A stretch of 64,000 nt of DNA from contig NW_025765570.1 of assembly GCF_003918875.1 (NCBI RefSeq), positions 806,001 to 870,000 on the forward strand, given 5' to 3'. Below are positions 11,515 to 25,238 of the stretch, piece by piece. Position numbers and translations under genes: made by a program. This stretch comes from Haliotis rubra (Eukaryota). The notes under the pieces are model-generated. The model did no database searches. It worked only from the letters and a program-made list of their open reading frames with translations, and was not told the origin of the DNA. Every line of letters begins with the position of its first letter. Position 1 is the first letter of the stretch.

Positions 11515-13337
11515 CTGTAACATTACAGTAGGACCTGTAACATTACTAGTAGGGCCTGTGACATTACTAGTAGAGCCTGTGACATTACTAGTGACATTAC
11601 TAGTAGAGCCTGTAACATTACTAGTGGGGGTCACATTACTGTAACATTACTAGTAGGGCCTGTAGTAGGGCATGTAACATTACTAGTAGGTCATGTAACA
11701 TTACTAGGTCATGTAACATTACTAGTGGGGCCTGTAACATTACTGGTAGCGCATGTAACATTACTAGTAGGTCATGTAACATTACTAGTAGCTCATGTAA
11801 CATTACTAGTAGGTCATGTAACATTACTAGTAGGTCATGTAACATTACTAGTGGGGCCTCTAACATTACTAGTAGGACATGTACCATTACTAGTAGGGCC
11901 TGTAACATTACTAGTAGCGCATGTAACATTACTAGTAGGTCATGTAACATTACTAGTAGGTCATGTAACATTACTAGTAGGGCCTGTAACATTACTAGTA
12001 GGGCATGTAACATTACTAGTAGGTCATGTAACATTACTAGTAGGTCATGTAACATTACTAGTAGGGCCTGTAACATTACTAGTAGGTCATGTAACATTAC
12101 TAGTGGGGCCTGTAACATTACTAGTAGGGCATGTAACATTACTAGTAGGTCATGTAACATTACTAGTAGGTCATGTAACATTACTAGTAGGGCATGTAAC
12201 ATTACTAGTGAGCCCATGTAACATGTAACAAACATTACTAGTGTAGATGTAACATTACTAGTAGGGCCTGTAACATTACTAGTAGGTCATGTAACATTAC
12301 TAGTAGGGCCTGTAACATTACTAGTAGGGGCCTGTAACATTACTAGTAGGTCATGTAACATTACTAGTAGGTCATGTAACATTACTAGTAGGGCATGTAA
12401 CATTACTAGTGGGGCATGTAACATTACTAGTAGGGCAATGTAATTACTTTACTAGTAGGGCATGTAACATTACTAGTAGGGCATGTAACAACTACTTGTA
12501 GGGCATGTAACATTACTAGTAGGGCATGTAACATTACTAGTATAACATTACTAGTAGGTAAATGTAACATTACTAGTAGGGCATGTAACATTACTAGTAG
12601 GGCATGTAACATTACTAGTGGGGCCTGTAACATTACTAGTAGGGCATGTAACATTACTAGTAGGGCATGTAACATTACTAGTAGGGCCTGTAACATTACT
12701 AGTAGGGCCTGTAACATTACTAGTGGGGCCTGTAACATTACTAGTAGGGCATGTAACATTACTAGTAGGGCATGTAACATTACTAGTAGGGCCTGTAACA
12801 TTACTAGTGGGGCATGTAACATTACTAGTAGGGCATGTAACATTACTAGTAGGGCCTGTAACATTACTAGTAGGGCCTGTAACATTACCAGTAGGGCCTG
12901 TAACATTGCTAGTAAGGCATGTAACATTACTAGTAGGGCCTGTAACATTACTAGTAGGTCATGTAACATTACTAGTAGGGCCTGTAACATTACTAGTAGG
13001 TCATGTAACATTACTAGTGGGGCATGTAACATTACTAGTAGGGCCTGTAACATTACTAGTAGGGCATGTGACATTACTAGTAGGTCATGTAACATTACTA
13101 GTGGGGCATGTAACATTACTAGTAGGGTCTGTAACATTACTAGTAGGGCCTGTAACATTACTAGTGGGGCATGTAACATTACTAGTAGGGCCTGTAACAT
13201 TACTAGTAGGGCCTGTAACATTACTAGTAGGTCATGTTACATTACTAGTAGTTCATGTAACATTTCTAGTGGGGCATGTAACATTACTAGTAGGGCATGT
13301 AACATTACTAGTAGGGCCTGTAACATTACTAGTAGGA
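11515..13337. repeat. 21-bp satellite (TGTAACATTACTAGTAGGGCA), about 85 units
   Basis: Tandem periodicity; each unit contains the palindrome TACTAGTA. Confidence 0.95.
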
Positions 13338-13699
13338 AACCCGTGATTGGGCTGCGAATTATAGTGCCCCACAGGAGTGTAAATCACGAGTATCTACCAT
13401 GTGAGTTGCACTCAGATTTGCCTCAATTCAGAAGGCTTCTAGATTAAATGCTGATTTAATTACTTTATCATGTCACCAGTAGCGTCCTGACGTCACGCCC
13501 CCAGGGTACTACTATACCAACACGTGTTTCAAATACACAAGCCAAAATATGCAGATTGGTTAAGTGGCGAAACATGGTTATTTTACTGGCGCTTCTGTAA
13601 ATCTCTTTTGTGATGACTTTAGTACAAAAGTAGTATACTGGTGCTCTCGGACTTGTCTGCCGTCTCCAACACAATCGATTATAATCATAAGTGCATCAG

Positions 13700-16160
13700 T
13701 TGATGACGCATCGGGAAGACTGATGACCCATGGGAACGATTAATGATGATTAGGGACGATTGGTTATGTTTAGGGATGCATGGAAGAAGATTGGTGACTA
13801 ATGATGATAAGTGACGAGTGACGATGCATGGCGACGTATGGTGACTCATATGGTGTGATGACTCGCATGGAGACCATTGATGATGATAGGTGACGGTTGG
13901 TGACGCATGGAGACAAATGATGATGATTAGGAACGATTGATTATGTTTAGGGACGCACTGAGGAAGTTTGATGAAGCATGGAGATCGGAGATGTTTAGGG
14001 ACGATTGATGGCGCATGGAGACGATTGATGTTGATAAGTGACGATTGACGATGCATGGTGACCGGTGATGACGCATAAGGACGATTGATGAAGATTAGGA
14101 ATGATTTATGACGCATGGAGACCATTGATAAAGATGAGGGACAAGTGATGGCGCAAGGAGACCATTGATTGATGAAGATAAGGAATGATTTATGACGCAT
14201 GGAGAGGATTGATGAAGATGGGGGACAAGTGATGGCTCATGGAGACGATTGATGAAGATGAGGGACAAGTGATGACTTATGGAGACGATTGATGAAGATG
14301 AGGGACAAGTGATGGCGCATGGAGACGATTGATGAAGCTGAGGGACAAGTGATGGCGCATGGGGACGATTGATGAAGATGAGGGACAAGTGATGGCGCAT
14401 GGAGACGATTGATGAAGATGAGGGACAAGTGATGGCGCATGGAGACGATTGATGAAGATGAGGGACAAGTGATGACTTATGGGGACGATTGATGAAGATG
14501 AGGGACAAGATGAAGATGAGGGATGATGCATGGAGACGATTGATGAAGATGAGGGACAAGTGATGACTTATGGAGACGATTGATGAAGATGAGGGACAAG
14601 TGATGGCGCATGGAGACGATTGATGAAGATGAGGGACAAGTGATGACTTATGGAGACGATTGATGAAGATGAGGGACAAGTGATGACTTATGGGGACGAT
14701 TGATGAAGATGAGGGACAAGTGATGACTTATGATGACGATTGATGAAGATGAGGGACAAGTGATGGCTCATGGAGACGATTGATGAAGATGAGGGACAAG
14801 TGATGGCTTATAGAGACGATTGATGAAGATGAGGGACAAGTGATGGCGCATGGAGACGATTGATGAAGATGAGGGACAAGTGATGGCGCATGGAGACGAT
14901 TGATGAAGATGAGGGACAAGTGATGACTTATGGAGACGATTGATGAAGATGAGGGACAAGTGATGACTTATGGGGACGATTGATGAAGATGAGGGACAAG
15001 TGATGACTTATGATGACGATTGATGAAGATGAGGGACAAGTGATGGCGCATGGAGACGATTGATGAAGATGAGGGACAAGTGATGGCTTATGGAGACGAT
15101 TGATGAAGATGAGGGACAAGTGATGGCGCATGGAGACGATTGATGAAGATGAGGGACAAGTGATGGCGCATGGAGACGATTGATGAAGATGAGGGACAAG
15201 TGATGACTTATGGAGACGATTGATGAAGATGAGGGACAAGTGATGACGCATGGAGACGATTGATGAAGATGAGGGACAAATGATGACGCATGGAGACGAT
15301 TGATGAAGATGAGGGACAAGTGATGACTTATGGAGACGATTGATGAAGATGAGGGACAAGTGATGACTTATGGAGACGATTGATGAAGATGAGGGACAAG
15401 TGATGGCGCATGGAGACGATTGATGAAGATGAGGGACAAGTGATGGCGCATGGAGACGATTGATGAAGATGAGGGACAAGTGATGACTTATGGAGACGAT
15501 TGATGAAGATGAGGGACAAGTGATGACTTATGGAGACGATTGATGAAGATGAGGGACAAGTGATGACTTATGGAGACGATTGATGAAGATGAGGGACAAG
15601 TGATGGCGCATGGAGACGATTGATGAATAGAGATGAGGGACAAGTGATGACTTATGGAGACGATTGATGAAGATGAGGGACAAGTGATGACGCATGGAGA
15701 CGATTGATGAAGATGAGGGACAAGTGATGACTTATGGAGACGATTGATGAAGATGAGGGACAAGTGATGACTTATGGAGACGATTGATGAAGATGAGGGA
15801 CAAGTGATGGCGCATGGAGACGATTGATGAAGATGAGGGACAAGTGATGACTTATGGAGACGATTGATGAAGATGAGGCACAAATGAAGGACAAGTGATG
15901 ACGCATGGAGACGATTGATGAAGATCAGGGACAAGTGATGACGCATGGAGACGATTGATGAAGATCAGGGACAAGTGATGACGCATGGAGACCATTGATG
16001 AAGATCAGGATAAGTGATAACGCATGGAGACGACTGATGAAGATGAGGGACAAGTGATAACGCATGGAGACCATTGGTGAACATGAGGGACAAGTGATGG
16101 CACATGGGGACGAGTGATAAGGGCGGTTGATGATGATTCGGAACAATTGAGGACGCATGA
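13700..16160. repeat. 40-bp purine-rich satellite (TGATGAAGATGAGGGACAAGTGATGACTTATGGAGACGAT) with degenerate flanks
   Basis: Homogeneous core at ~14200-16100, degenerate edges; degenerate units resume at ~17235-17340. Confidence 0.95.
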
Positions 16161-16174
16161 GGGTACCAGACAGA

Positions 16175-17232
16175 GAAGTTTATTTCTCAACCAACCAACG
16201 GTGGTACATGAGAATACATAAATACATAGGTAAACAAATATATACATGGCAAGTGGCTGGACATGATCATTTGAATATTACTTATTAAGCGATTTAAACA
16301 ATACATTCAGAAATGACTTTAAGTTCTTTAAATGTTTAGTAGTTTTATTACATAATAATTTCTTTAACATTGAATGTTTTTGGAGATCACATATATGTGT
16401 CGCGAGATAGGTATTTCGCTGTTGGAGAAGGGTTTCACATCTAAAGAGATAGTGAAACTCATCTCCAACAACGTTAGCGTTACACAGTTTACATATTCTT
16501 TCCTCTTTTGGAATAGAATGCCATCGGCCTTTTTCAATTGGTAGGTTATTGTTGCAAGTTCTTAGTTTTAATATAGGAAAATATATATCCCTGGGTAAGT
16601 ATAAGTAGTTTTCAAAATATAGTTTATATTTAAAACATTTATAAAATTGACCTTTAGAACTAGTTTCTATGGAGCTACGCCAATGTTGTAAAAACTGATC
16701 TTTTAGAGTAGCTTCAACTTTTAGGACCAGCCATGACGTGGTGACATTGTAGGGGTTTGAGAAAACCTCTGATAAATCGCAGGTATTAAGTATTCTTGTA
16801 ACAAAAGATATCCATCGGAGTTGACAACCAAAGTTATTAACAGAGATAAAGTTATACATCAGTGAAGAGAGTTTACAGTGTTGGTTATGTGTTGCTACTT
16901 TATGCCAAAAAGAAATAACACGTTTGTATAATTTGATGTATATAGAGCGGTTCTCGGCCAAAGTCGCCATACACCATAAAGTTTGGAGTGGAGCTTCGAA
17001 GACCAACAGCAAATTTGACAAATCTGAGATGTACTTTTCTATAATGTTCAGGTTTTCAAATCCCCATACTTCACAACCATGAAGGAGAGTCGGACTTATC
17101 ATAGTATCAAATGCTTTTAGGGTACAATCAATAGGTAGGTTTATATTTCGGGGTTTTTTTCAAAAGGGCAAACATAGCTTTAGTTGCATTTTCTACTAAC
17201 GCTTTAATACCTGTCAAGAACCTACCATTTCT
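16175..17232 (-). mobile_element. 5'-truncated LINE 3' end (RTE-X-like ORF2 C-terminus)
   Basis: ORF 16278-17102: PTLLHGCEVWG...KLRTCNNNLPIEKGRW...ERICKLC...GDEFHYLFRC, typical of non-LTR retrotransposon ORF2 C-termini; the clade assignment is tentative. Confidence 0.8.
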
Positions 17233-18008
17233 ATGATGATGATGCGTGGGGACAATTGATGACGCATTGGAACAATTGATGACGTTTTTAACTCCCTTGG
17301 TGATGCTTAGAGGCGATTGATGATGCGTGGAAAAGATTCATGACACACTGTGCCTCATTGTCTAAAGAACTCTGCTGGGATGTATGGTCGCTATTTTGTT
17401 CAACGAATCGAAAGTTAATGTTTCTGTGCAAATTCTTTGTTCCGTGGTTTAAAGCTGTAAAGATAGAAAGCTACATTTATCATTGATGAACTGTATCAAA
17501 AGAAGATCGATCTTAAATAAATCTTATAAATTTTTACATGTTGTTTCTTACCACATCGGAAGAGACATGTCCGAGGGGCGCCCAAGAAACCCCGTGGGAC
17601 TAAGTGAGGTCTAGCACTATGTTTCCACGCATTACTTATTGAAATCTCTTAACGTAGCTCTGGGATTCAAGGACAATACATAGAAATGTAACAAAGGCCA
17701 CGCCTTTGTTGTATTATAGTACAGTGATATACCGGTATCTGTAAATACAATGGCGCGGTTATCTTATTTAGCCAATGAGATGGAGCGGCAATAGTTTGAA
17801 AGAATCAGAGTTTTGTGCCACATAAAGAATTGTCCTATCATTTACAGCAATGTTATTTACCTTGTATATATGAAATCCGGACTTACTAAATACACGCACA
17901 GTTTGAAGGTATATGTGCAAAATGTCGATTGATAGATCAGTAAAAAATGGCACACAACATAAGAATGAGTCTACACATTGTCAAAAGTAAGGTTGTACAC
18001 AAATATAT

Positions 18009-18011
<3 letters not shown>

Positions 18012-18043
<32 letters not shown>
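18012..18043. repeat. (GT)n microsatellite
   Basis: Direct reading. Confidence 0.95.
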
Positions 18044-18044
<1 letters not shown>

Positions 18045-19523
18045 TTACTAGCATAATCATGTGGCACATCCATCATGCGTTTTATTTTATATGTAAAAAA
18101 GCAACAAGAGAGAGAGAAATGGGGGTAAAAAGTTAAAGAGAAGACAAACAGATGAATACATGTTTAAACTGTCAAACAACCAACCCATTTTCTCAAAACA
18201 TTCATTATCTTTACCAAATATATACTTTCCAACATTATAATGAAGCGTTATAATTTTAGGAGATGGTTAAAATTTAAGCATGCATTTACATTTGTAATTT
18301 ATTTAATGTATTTTTTTTTATGATCATGAATTGGTTATTGACAAGTATGCTTTCATTTGGGTCACCCATACGAAATGAAGAATTGTTAGATCTAACATGA
18401 TGCGTTTAATCGCGACTATCGAAAAACATATGGTCAGAGGTTTCAAAGTTAGATAACGCATATCTGATTGAAAACAGATGATTCGCATTACAGAGTATGA
18501 ATGTTACGTCTGCCACAGCTTTAATATCAAATGTTCAAATGGTCGTTTCTCGCACATTTTGTTAGAGCTCAGTGGAGTGAAGTGGGGTTCTTGAGAGAAG
18601 AATCCGAATCTTCACGGGAGATTCGTCAAAAGATAAAAATAAAAATCATTTTATTGTATATAATCATACGTATGTATATGAAGATAGTTCTTTTATTCGG
18701 TTTCTCAGCAAATACACTGTAAGTCTGTAGATGTTGGCACATGGTGGAGATTATGAGCAAAAGTCTCTTTGTTGAAGTTCTTTCAAATATATGGAAAACT
18801 AATGTATTTAGGAAATGTTTGCGGGCTGTGTTTTCAATGCAGAACTGTCTTACATGTAGTCTTAACGCTATATTTAATACCTGTAATCTCCCACAACGAA
18901 GGGTTCGACATACATTATGGATACAGTCGAATCTATCTCGTGTCATTTTTATGCAGTTCACCGCCAACGCATATATAGTGTTGTATGAAAAACACATCTA
19001 ACTACGTAAACACTGACATTCCACTTCAATTCTTTATTTTACTGTTCCATGAATATATACACTTTTAAGAATAATATGCAGGATAATGAAATATACATGT
19101 TAATGCCAGGTTAATGCCAAGTAATATAAATCTTAGCGAAACACATCCTGAACAATAACGTTAACACGAGAATATATAATGTGGTCTGGATGTGCGAGAG
19201 GTCTACCTGTCATTGTTGGGAATTGGCAGACAACCGATACCTTCAGTGTTTCACAGTTTGTACATTAACAATGAAACAAGTACCAGCAAACGAAAAACTG
19301 TTGGCGATCCCTGATCATAGATCACACATCGAAACTTTCAGTGAGGCTACTGGAGTAAGAGTAACAGGTAAGACGGTTAGATGTCGTCTACAAGCAGCTC
19401 ATTTCCATGTTCAACATCCAAGTGTCGTGCCGCCCTTTACAGATGGCTATGTTGCACGGTGTGCAGATGAGTGGTGGCACGAGGCCCTGTGTATAGACTT
19501 CAGGTCACAAATCAGGTTACGTT

Positions 19524-19690
19524 GAGTGAGTGAGTGAGTATGGTTTTACGCCGCTTTTAGCAATATTCCAGCAATATCACGGCGGGGAACACCAGAAATG
19601 GGCTTCACACATTGCACCCATGTGGGGAATAGAACCCGGGTCTTCAGCATGTCGAGCGGACGCTTTAACCATTAGGCTACCCCACCGCCC
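19524..19690 (-). mobile_element. tRNA-derived SINE (family A)
   Basis: Reverse complement of the 4875 element; (ACTC)n tail; TTACGTT flanking duplication. Confidence 0.9.
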
Positions 19691-19967
19691 GTTTACGTTA
19701 AGCAACGTTGGGCGCGGAGAGGTGACCGTGTTTGGCAGGTTGACTCCTGAGAGTTTCCAGGACTTCAGTCCTGCCCCTCAAAGAAACACATGTAATACAT
19801 GTGGTCTCACCTTCATCAAGTGAGTTTGTTCAAAATTACCTCTGTTCACCCAGCAGAAAATGGCTACCCAGTGGGATAACATCATGTGACTATAACCCGC
19901 TTTACTGGTAGTTTGGCTATCCGGGGTAATAATAATAAGATCGTTTGGGTGCTTCGAGCATGCATTG

Positions 19968-20013
19968 TGCATGGAGCATGGAGCATGGAGCATGGAGCAT
20001 GGAGCATGGAGCA
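19968..20013. repeat. (CATGGAG)n 7-bp repeat
   Basis: Direct reading. Confidence 0.9.
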
Positions 20014-20228
20014 ATAAATGGACATGATGCACATGATAAATTTATTCTTATTATTATTCATTATTCCCATACACTTTACACTTTCTTGATAGGCGTGGCC
20101 GTGTCTGATGACGCGAAAATGAACGTCAAACCAACCTGAGATCTAACGTACATGCTCACGGTGCACAATTTATTAATGTTCCCCTCCCGCAGCACAACAC
20201 CTTAAAATGCCACGATCAGCAATGAGAC

Positions 20229-20351
20229 CTGGGCCATTATTCTCGAAACTTTCGTAGCCCTAAGAATTCTTAACTTTGATCGGAGCCAATGTGTTAAGAA
20301 TGGGCGTAAGAAGTTCGCAATGCAACGAACGTTTCGAGAATAGCTAGCCAG
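20229..20351. mobile_element. Small MITE with imperfect terminal inverted repeats
   Basis: CTGGGCCATTATTCTCGAAAC ... GTTTCGAGAATAGCTAGCCAG; interrupts the Tc1 PDL motif. Confidence 0.55.
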
Positions 20352-21500
20352 ATCTTACTCCAGCTGAACACACCCTGGACATGATAGTTGGACGTGTGCC
20401 TCAACGTCAGAGGCCGCTGACGACGTTGGTTGAACTTGGCAGGCGTTGCAAGAGGCGCGTGACAGTCTCCCTCAAATGCCATTCACATACATATCATGCC
20501 TCCTCGAGTGATTGAATATTTGACCAATCGTGGCGGTATCACGCACTACAGATCTAAACACGCCAGTTTTGAAGCTTCCTATCTTACCCCTATCACCCCT
20601 TGTCCGTCTATTGTCGAACTTCAATACCTATTATGTTCCCTAATTCATTAATGTCGTACAAGTATTTCTGGAAACTAATATCTGACAGTTTGGGAAACCC
20701 TAAGTTATTTCCGAGCATACTTTTGTAACAGTACTTATCACATACACGTATGCAGCTGACATGAACGTGTCATATTCATTGGAAGGGAAAACAGTTGACA
20801 ACTATATTGTTTTTTTTGCAGAAAACTGGATGAAAACAAAAAGAAGTGCAAAAAAAGCATGATAAATATAAAGAGATGATGTGAGCACTTATGTATGATG
20901 ATGCAAAAAATTTGAAAATTTCAAAATTGGAAACTGAAAATCTTTTAATATTATGAACCTTGATGTGCGAATAGCCTTGGGAATGGTCCGGCAATATCAC
21001 AGCTGGGGTTCCCAGCATTAGTTCAACGCATGAGCGTGCAATGAACTGGATTATCCATCCGATCCCCATCGGTCGATTCTATTAGCGAGCATACAGGTAG
21101 GTGGGCCCCGTGTCTAGTCGTGTTTAATCGTGTCGTGTTTAGTCGTGCCGTGCCGTGCCGTGCCGTAATACCGAAGTTGACGTCCATGACGTTGCCATCT
21201 ATACATGTTTCACTTCTTAATGCCAATCAGGATTTTATGATTGATGTGCCAAGTTAGTGATGAGAGATATAGCTGGTGGCATTAATTCAGAAGCTAGGAT
21301 GGCCAATGAGGCCCCTACGTATATGACAATAGATGGGCGATATAATACACTTGATATTGACAGCGATGGTAGTCTGTTCTACAATGCATTAGGACGAAAG
21401 GACAAAACAAAAATTAATAATTCTATTTACACTAACTGGCCTGTGTCCAATCTAAAGAAGCGCAAACAGTATCTGATATCACACCGTTGTTCTGAGAAGC

Positions 21501-21683
21501 TTACTCAGCCGGTGCGACTTTGATGACATTCCCCGATGAATGTGGTCGCTCTCTGGAGACAACCTTGACGATAAGGAGCAGCATCATGTTGCCCAGGAAC
21601 TCCACAACTTCCACAAGAGTAATCACAGAGCAGCCGACAAACAATCCGGCCTGGCCTCCGATGTCCGCCAACAGGTTCTCAAA
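21501..21683 (-). CDS. DEG/ENaC channel, coding exon 13 (TM2: FENLLADIGGQAGLFVGCSVITLVEVVEF...*)
   Basis: ttccag acceptor; DIGGQxGLFxGxS TM2/selectivity filter motif; TAA stop. Confidence 0.95.
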   Translation of the reverse strand, partial: FENLLADIGGQAGLFVGCSVITLVEVVEFLGNMMLLLIVKVVSRERPHSSGNVIKVAPAE

Positions 21684-21779
21684 CTGGAAATACAAAACAC
21701 AAGTTGAGGACCAGGGAATGGCTTCTTATAAAAACACAGAATATGACATGAAAGTGCGTGTCACTCGATCTCAACGGCT

Positions 21780-22990
21780 GTGTTTCGGAGCCACAGCGCC
21801 ACAAGGAACTCGAGCTTGCCATATATTCACTAAGGCTATATCGCCCCTATTATGTTTGGTACTACCCTACCCGTGTCTGTGGTAAACGCTGCCACAGCGC
21901 ACAAGGAACTCGAGCTTGCCATATATTCCCTAAGGCTATATCGCCCCTATTATGTTTGGTACCACCCTACCTGTGTCTGTGGTAAACGCTGCCACAGCGC
22001 ACAAGGAAGTCGAGCTTGTCATATATTCCCTAAGGCTATATCGCCCCTATTATGTTTGGTACCACCCTACCGGTGTCTGTGGTAAACGCTGCCACAGCGC
22101 ACAAGGAAGTCGAGCTTGCCATATATTCCCTAAGGCTATATCGCCCTATTATGTTTGGTACCACCCTACCTGTGTCTGTGGTAAACGCTGCTACAGCGCA
22201 CAAGGAAGTCGAGCTTGCCATATATTCCCTAAGGCTATATCGCCCCTATTATGTTTGGTACCACCCTACCGGTGTCTGTGGTAAACGCTGCCACAGCGCA
22301 CAAGGAAGTCGAGCTTGCCATATATTCCCTAAGACTATATCGCCCCTATTATGTTTGGTACCACCCTACCGGTGTCTGTGGTAAACGCTGCCACAGCGCA
22401 CAAGGAACTCGAGCTTGCCATATATTCCCTAAGGCTATATCGCCCCTATTATGTTTGGTACCACCCTACCGTGTCTGTGGTAAACGCTGCCACAGCGCAC
22501 AAGGAAGTCGAGCTTGCCATATATTCACTAAGGCTATATCGCCCTATTATGTTTGGTACCACCCTACCGGTGTCTGTGGTAAACGCTGCCACAGCGCACA
22601 AGGAAGTCGAGCTTGCCATATATTCCCTAAGACTATATCGCCCCTATTATGTTTGGTACCACCCTACCGGTGTCTGTGGTAAACGCTGCCACAGCGCACA
22701 AGGAAGTCGAGCTTGCCATATATTCCCTAAGACTATATCGCCCCTATTATGTTTGGTACCACCCTACCGGTGTCTGTGGTAAACGCTGCCACAGCGCACA
22801 AGGAAGTCGAGCTTGCCATATATTCACTAAGGCTATATCGCCCTATTATGTTTGGTACCACCCTACCTGTGTCTGTGGTAAACGCTACCATAGCGCACAA
22901 GGAAGTCGAGCTTGCCATGTATTCCCTAAGGCTATATCGCCCTATTATGTTTGGTACTACCCTACCCGTGTCTGTGGTAAACGCTGCCAC
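21780..22990. repeat. 99-100-bp tandem repeat (~12 copies) in the last intron, ending in a SINE-type tail
   Basis: Unit AAACGCTGCCACAGCGCACAAGGAAGTCGAGCTTGCC...; followed by GGCGTTAAACACAACTCACTCAC at ~23036-23058. Confidence 0.9.
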
Positions 22991-23236
22991 CTGCATCACT
23001 TCGGGCTGTGTTATAACAGCAGTATTGTTCAAGGTGGCGTTAAACACAACTCACTCACCAAATCATCTTGATACGATGACAGGTATGATTCAGTTCACCC
23101 CCAACCACCCGGATATTCTCATTGGTAGTCAGGGCTCACGACAATCAGGAAATAGCAGGGAATTGTATTCCCTGGAATCCCCACAAACGAAATTATCTTT
23201 GAAACATCGTGATGATCCGCATTTTATGTCACTCAC

Positions 23237-23312
23237 AGCGTAAGCCTGGGTCTCTGTGATCTTCTCATACTGGAGGGTCTCGTAGAACACCTGCACCTGC
23301 AGGAGGTTCCTG
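23237..23312 (-). CDS. DEG/ENaC coding exon 12 (SRNLLQVQVFYETLQYEKITETQAYA)
   Basis: NAGNAG acceptor (ttacag/cag), gtgagt donor; conserved 'vxVFyetLxyexitexxaY' strand. Confidence 0.92.
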
Positions 23313-24577
23313 CTGTAAGTCGAACACAGTGGGATACATTAAGCAGGGTATGGATACACCTACAGAAGGATCATGTTGTAAGTCGAACACAGTGGGATAC
23401 ATTAAGCAGGGTATGGATACACCTACAGAAGGATCATGTTGTAAGTCGAACACAGTGGGATACATTAAGCAGGGTATGGATACACCTACAGAAGGAGGTA
23501 AGTCGAACACAGTGGGATACATTAAGCAGGGTATGGATACACCTACAGAAGGATCATGTTGTAAGTCGAACACAGTGGGATACATTAAGCAGGGTATGGA
23601 TACAACTACAGAAGGATCATGTTGTAAGTCGAACACAGTGGGATACATTAAGCAGGGTATGGATACAACTACAGAAGGATCATGTTGTAAGTCGAACACA
23701 GTGGGATACATTAAGCAGGGTATGGATACAACTACAGAAGGATCATGTTGTAAGTCGAACACAGTGGGATACATTAAGCAGGGTATGGATACTACAGAAG
23801 GATCATGATCATGTTTGTAAGTCGAACACAGTGGATACATTAAGCAGGGTATGGATCCTACAGAAGGATCATGTTGTAAGTCGAACACGAACACAGTATG
23901 GATACATTAAGCAGGGTATGGATACACCTACAGAAGGATCATGTTGTAAGTCGAACACAGTGGGATACATTAAGCAGGGTATGGATACACCTACAGAAGG
24001 ATCATGTTGTAAGTCGAACACAGTGGGATGCTGTAAGTCGAACACAGTGGGATACATTAACAGGGTATGGATACACCTACAGATACACCTACAGAAGGAT
24101 CCTGTTGTAAGTCGAACACAGTGGGATACATTAAGCAGGGTATGGATACACCTACAGAAGGATCATGTTGTAAGTCGAACACAGTGGGATACATTAAGCA
24201 GGGTATGGATACACCTACAGAAGGATCCTGTTGTAAGTCGAACACAGTGGGATACATTAAGCAGGGTATGGATACACCTACAGAAGGATCATGTTGTAAG
24301 TCGAACACAGTGGGTTACATTAAGCAGGGTATGGATACACCTACAGAAGGATCATCATGTTGTAAGTCGAACACAGTGGGTTACATTAAGCAGGGTATGG
24401 ATACACCTACAGAAGGATCATGTCATGTAAGTCGAACACAGTGGGATACATTAAGCAGGGTATGGATACACCTACAGAAGGATCATGTTGTAGGTCGAAC
24501 ACAGTGGGTTACATTAAGCAGGGTATGGATACACCTACAGAAGGATCCTGTTGTAAGTCGAACACAGTGGGATACAC
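23293..24577. repeat. 63-bp minisatellite (~20 copies) overlapping the exon-12 splice acceptor
   Basis: Unit GTAAGTCGAACACAGTGGGATACATTAAGCAGGGTATGGATACACCTACAGAAGGATCATGTT. Confidence 0.93.
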
Positions 24578-24669
24578 ACATGTCGCCTCGGTTAAACAAA
24601 AGGTCCCTGTTCTATTCTTTCATACATCGTCGTTTATAATGCCACCATTCTGACAGTATTTCAGACTAC

Positions 24670-24921
24670 GGGTGTAGGAGCCAGTTGTTGACTGAGGTAG
24701 TACCTGCTACAGGTGTAGAAGCCAGGTGTTAACTGAGGTAGTGCCTGCTACAGGTGTAGAAGCCAGGTGTTAACTGAGGTAGTACCTGCTACAGGTGTAG
24801 AAGCCAGGTGTTAACTGAGGTAGTACCTGCTACAGGTGTAGAAGCCAGGTGTTAACTGAGGTAGTACCTGCTACAGGTGTAGAAGCCAGGTGTTAACTGA
24901 AGTAGTACCTGCTACAGGTGT
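24670..24921. repeat. 41-bp tandem repeat (~6 copies)
   Basis: Unit GCCAGGTGTTAACTGAGGTAGTACCTGCTACAGGTGTAGAA. Confidence 0.9.
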
Positions 24922-24961
24922 AACAACGCTGCCCAGAGTGATGGTATCTGGTATTACAAAC

Positions 24962-25035
24962 CTGATGTTCTCTTTTGTGTTAAGTATCTCCGACAACCGA
25001 TCGGTCCTATTGGATATCAGCCTCTGAAGTTCATC
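24962..25035 (-). CDS. DEG/ENaC coding exon 11 (DELQRLISNRTDRLSEILNTKENI)
   Basis: ttgtag acceptor, AG|gtttgt donor; phases 0 and 2 join exons 10 and 12 in frame. Confidence 0.75.
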
Positions 25036-25238
25036 CTACAAACAGAAAGTAATTAGAAATTTTCATGAAATGAACACGAAAATTGTAGGTTTCATTCTTA
25101 TCAAGCCACACGGTAATATGGGCAGAGGGAAACGCACATGCAGAATGTCACAGGGATCACCATGGCAACTGTAGGTCTGGGCAATAGACACCGCAATATG
25201 TTTATCTCCTTTACTCAGTCAAAGATGATGACACCTAT

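Larger units (their letters stand above)
19180..20560 (+). mobile_element. Highly decayed Tc1-like transposon remnant interrupted by a SINE and a MITE
   Basis: TGVRVTGKTVRCRL segment; MRPDLTPAEH (~SPDLNPIEH) split by a MITE; GGITHY (~GGHTRY) end. Confidence 0.55.

Noticed and set aside
5491-16158. Many long repetitive ORFs (PSDWWYSRWGN, VTLLVGH, SLIFINRLH)
   Set aside because: Translations of satellites: open in several frames and strands, broken by indels, with no splice context.
21780-24577. CRISPR-like regular repeats
   Set aside because: Head-to-tail tandem units without unique spacers, no cas genes, eukaryotic context.
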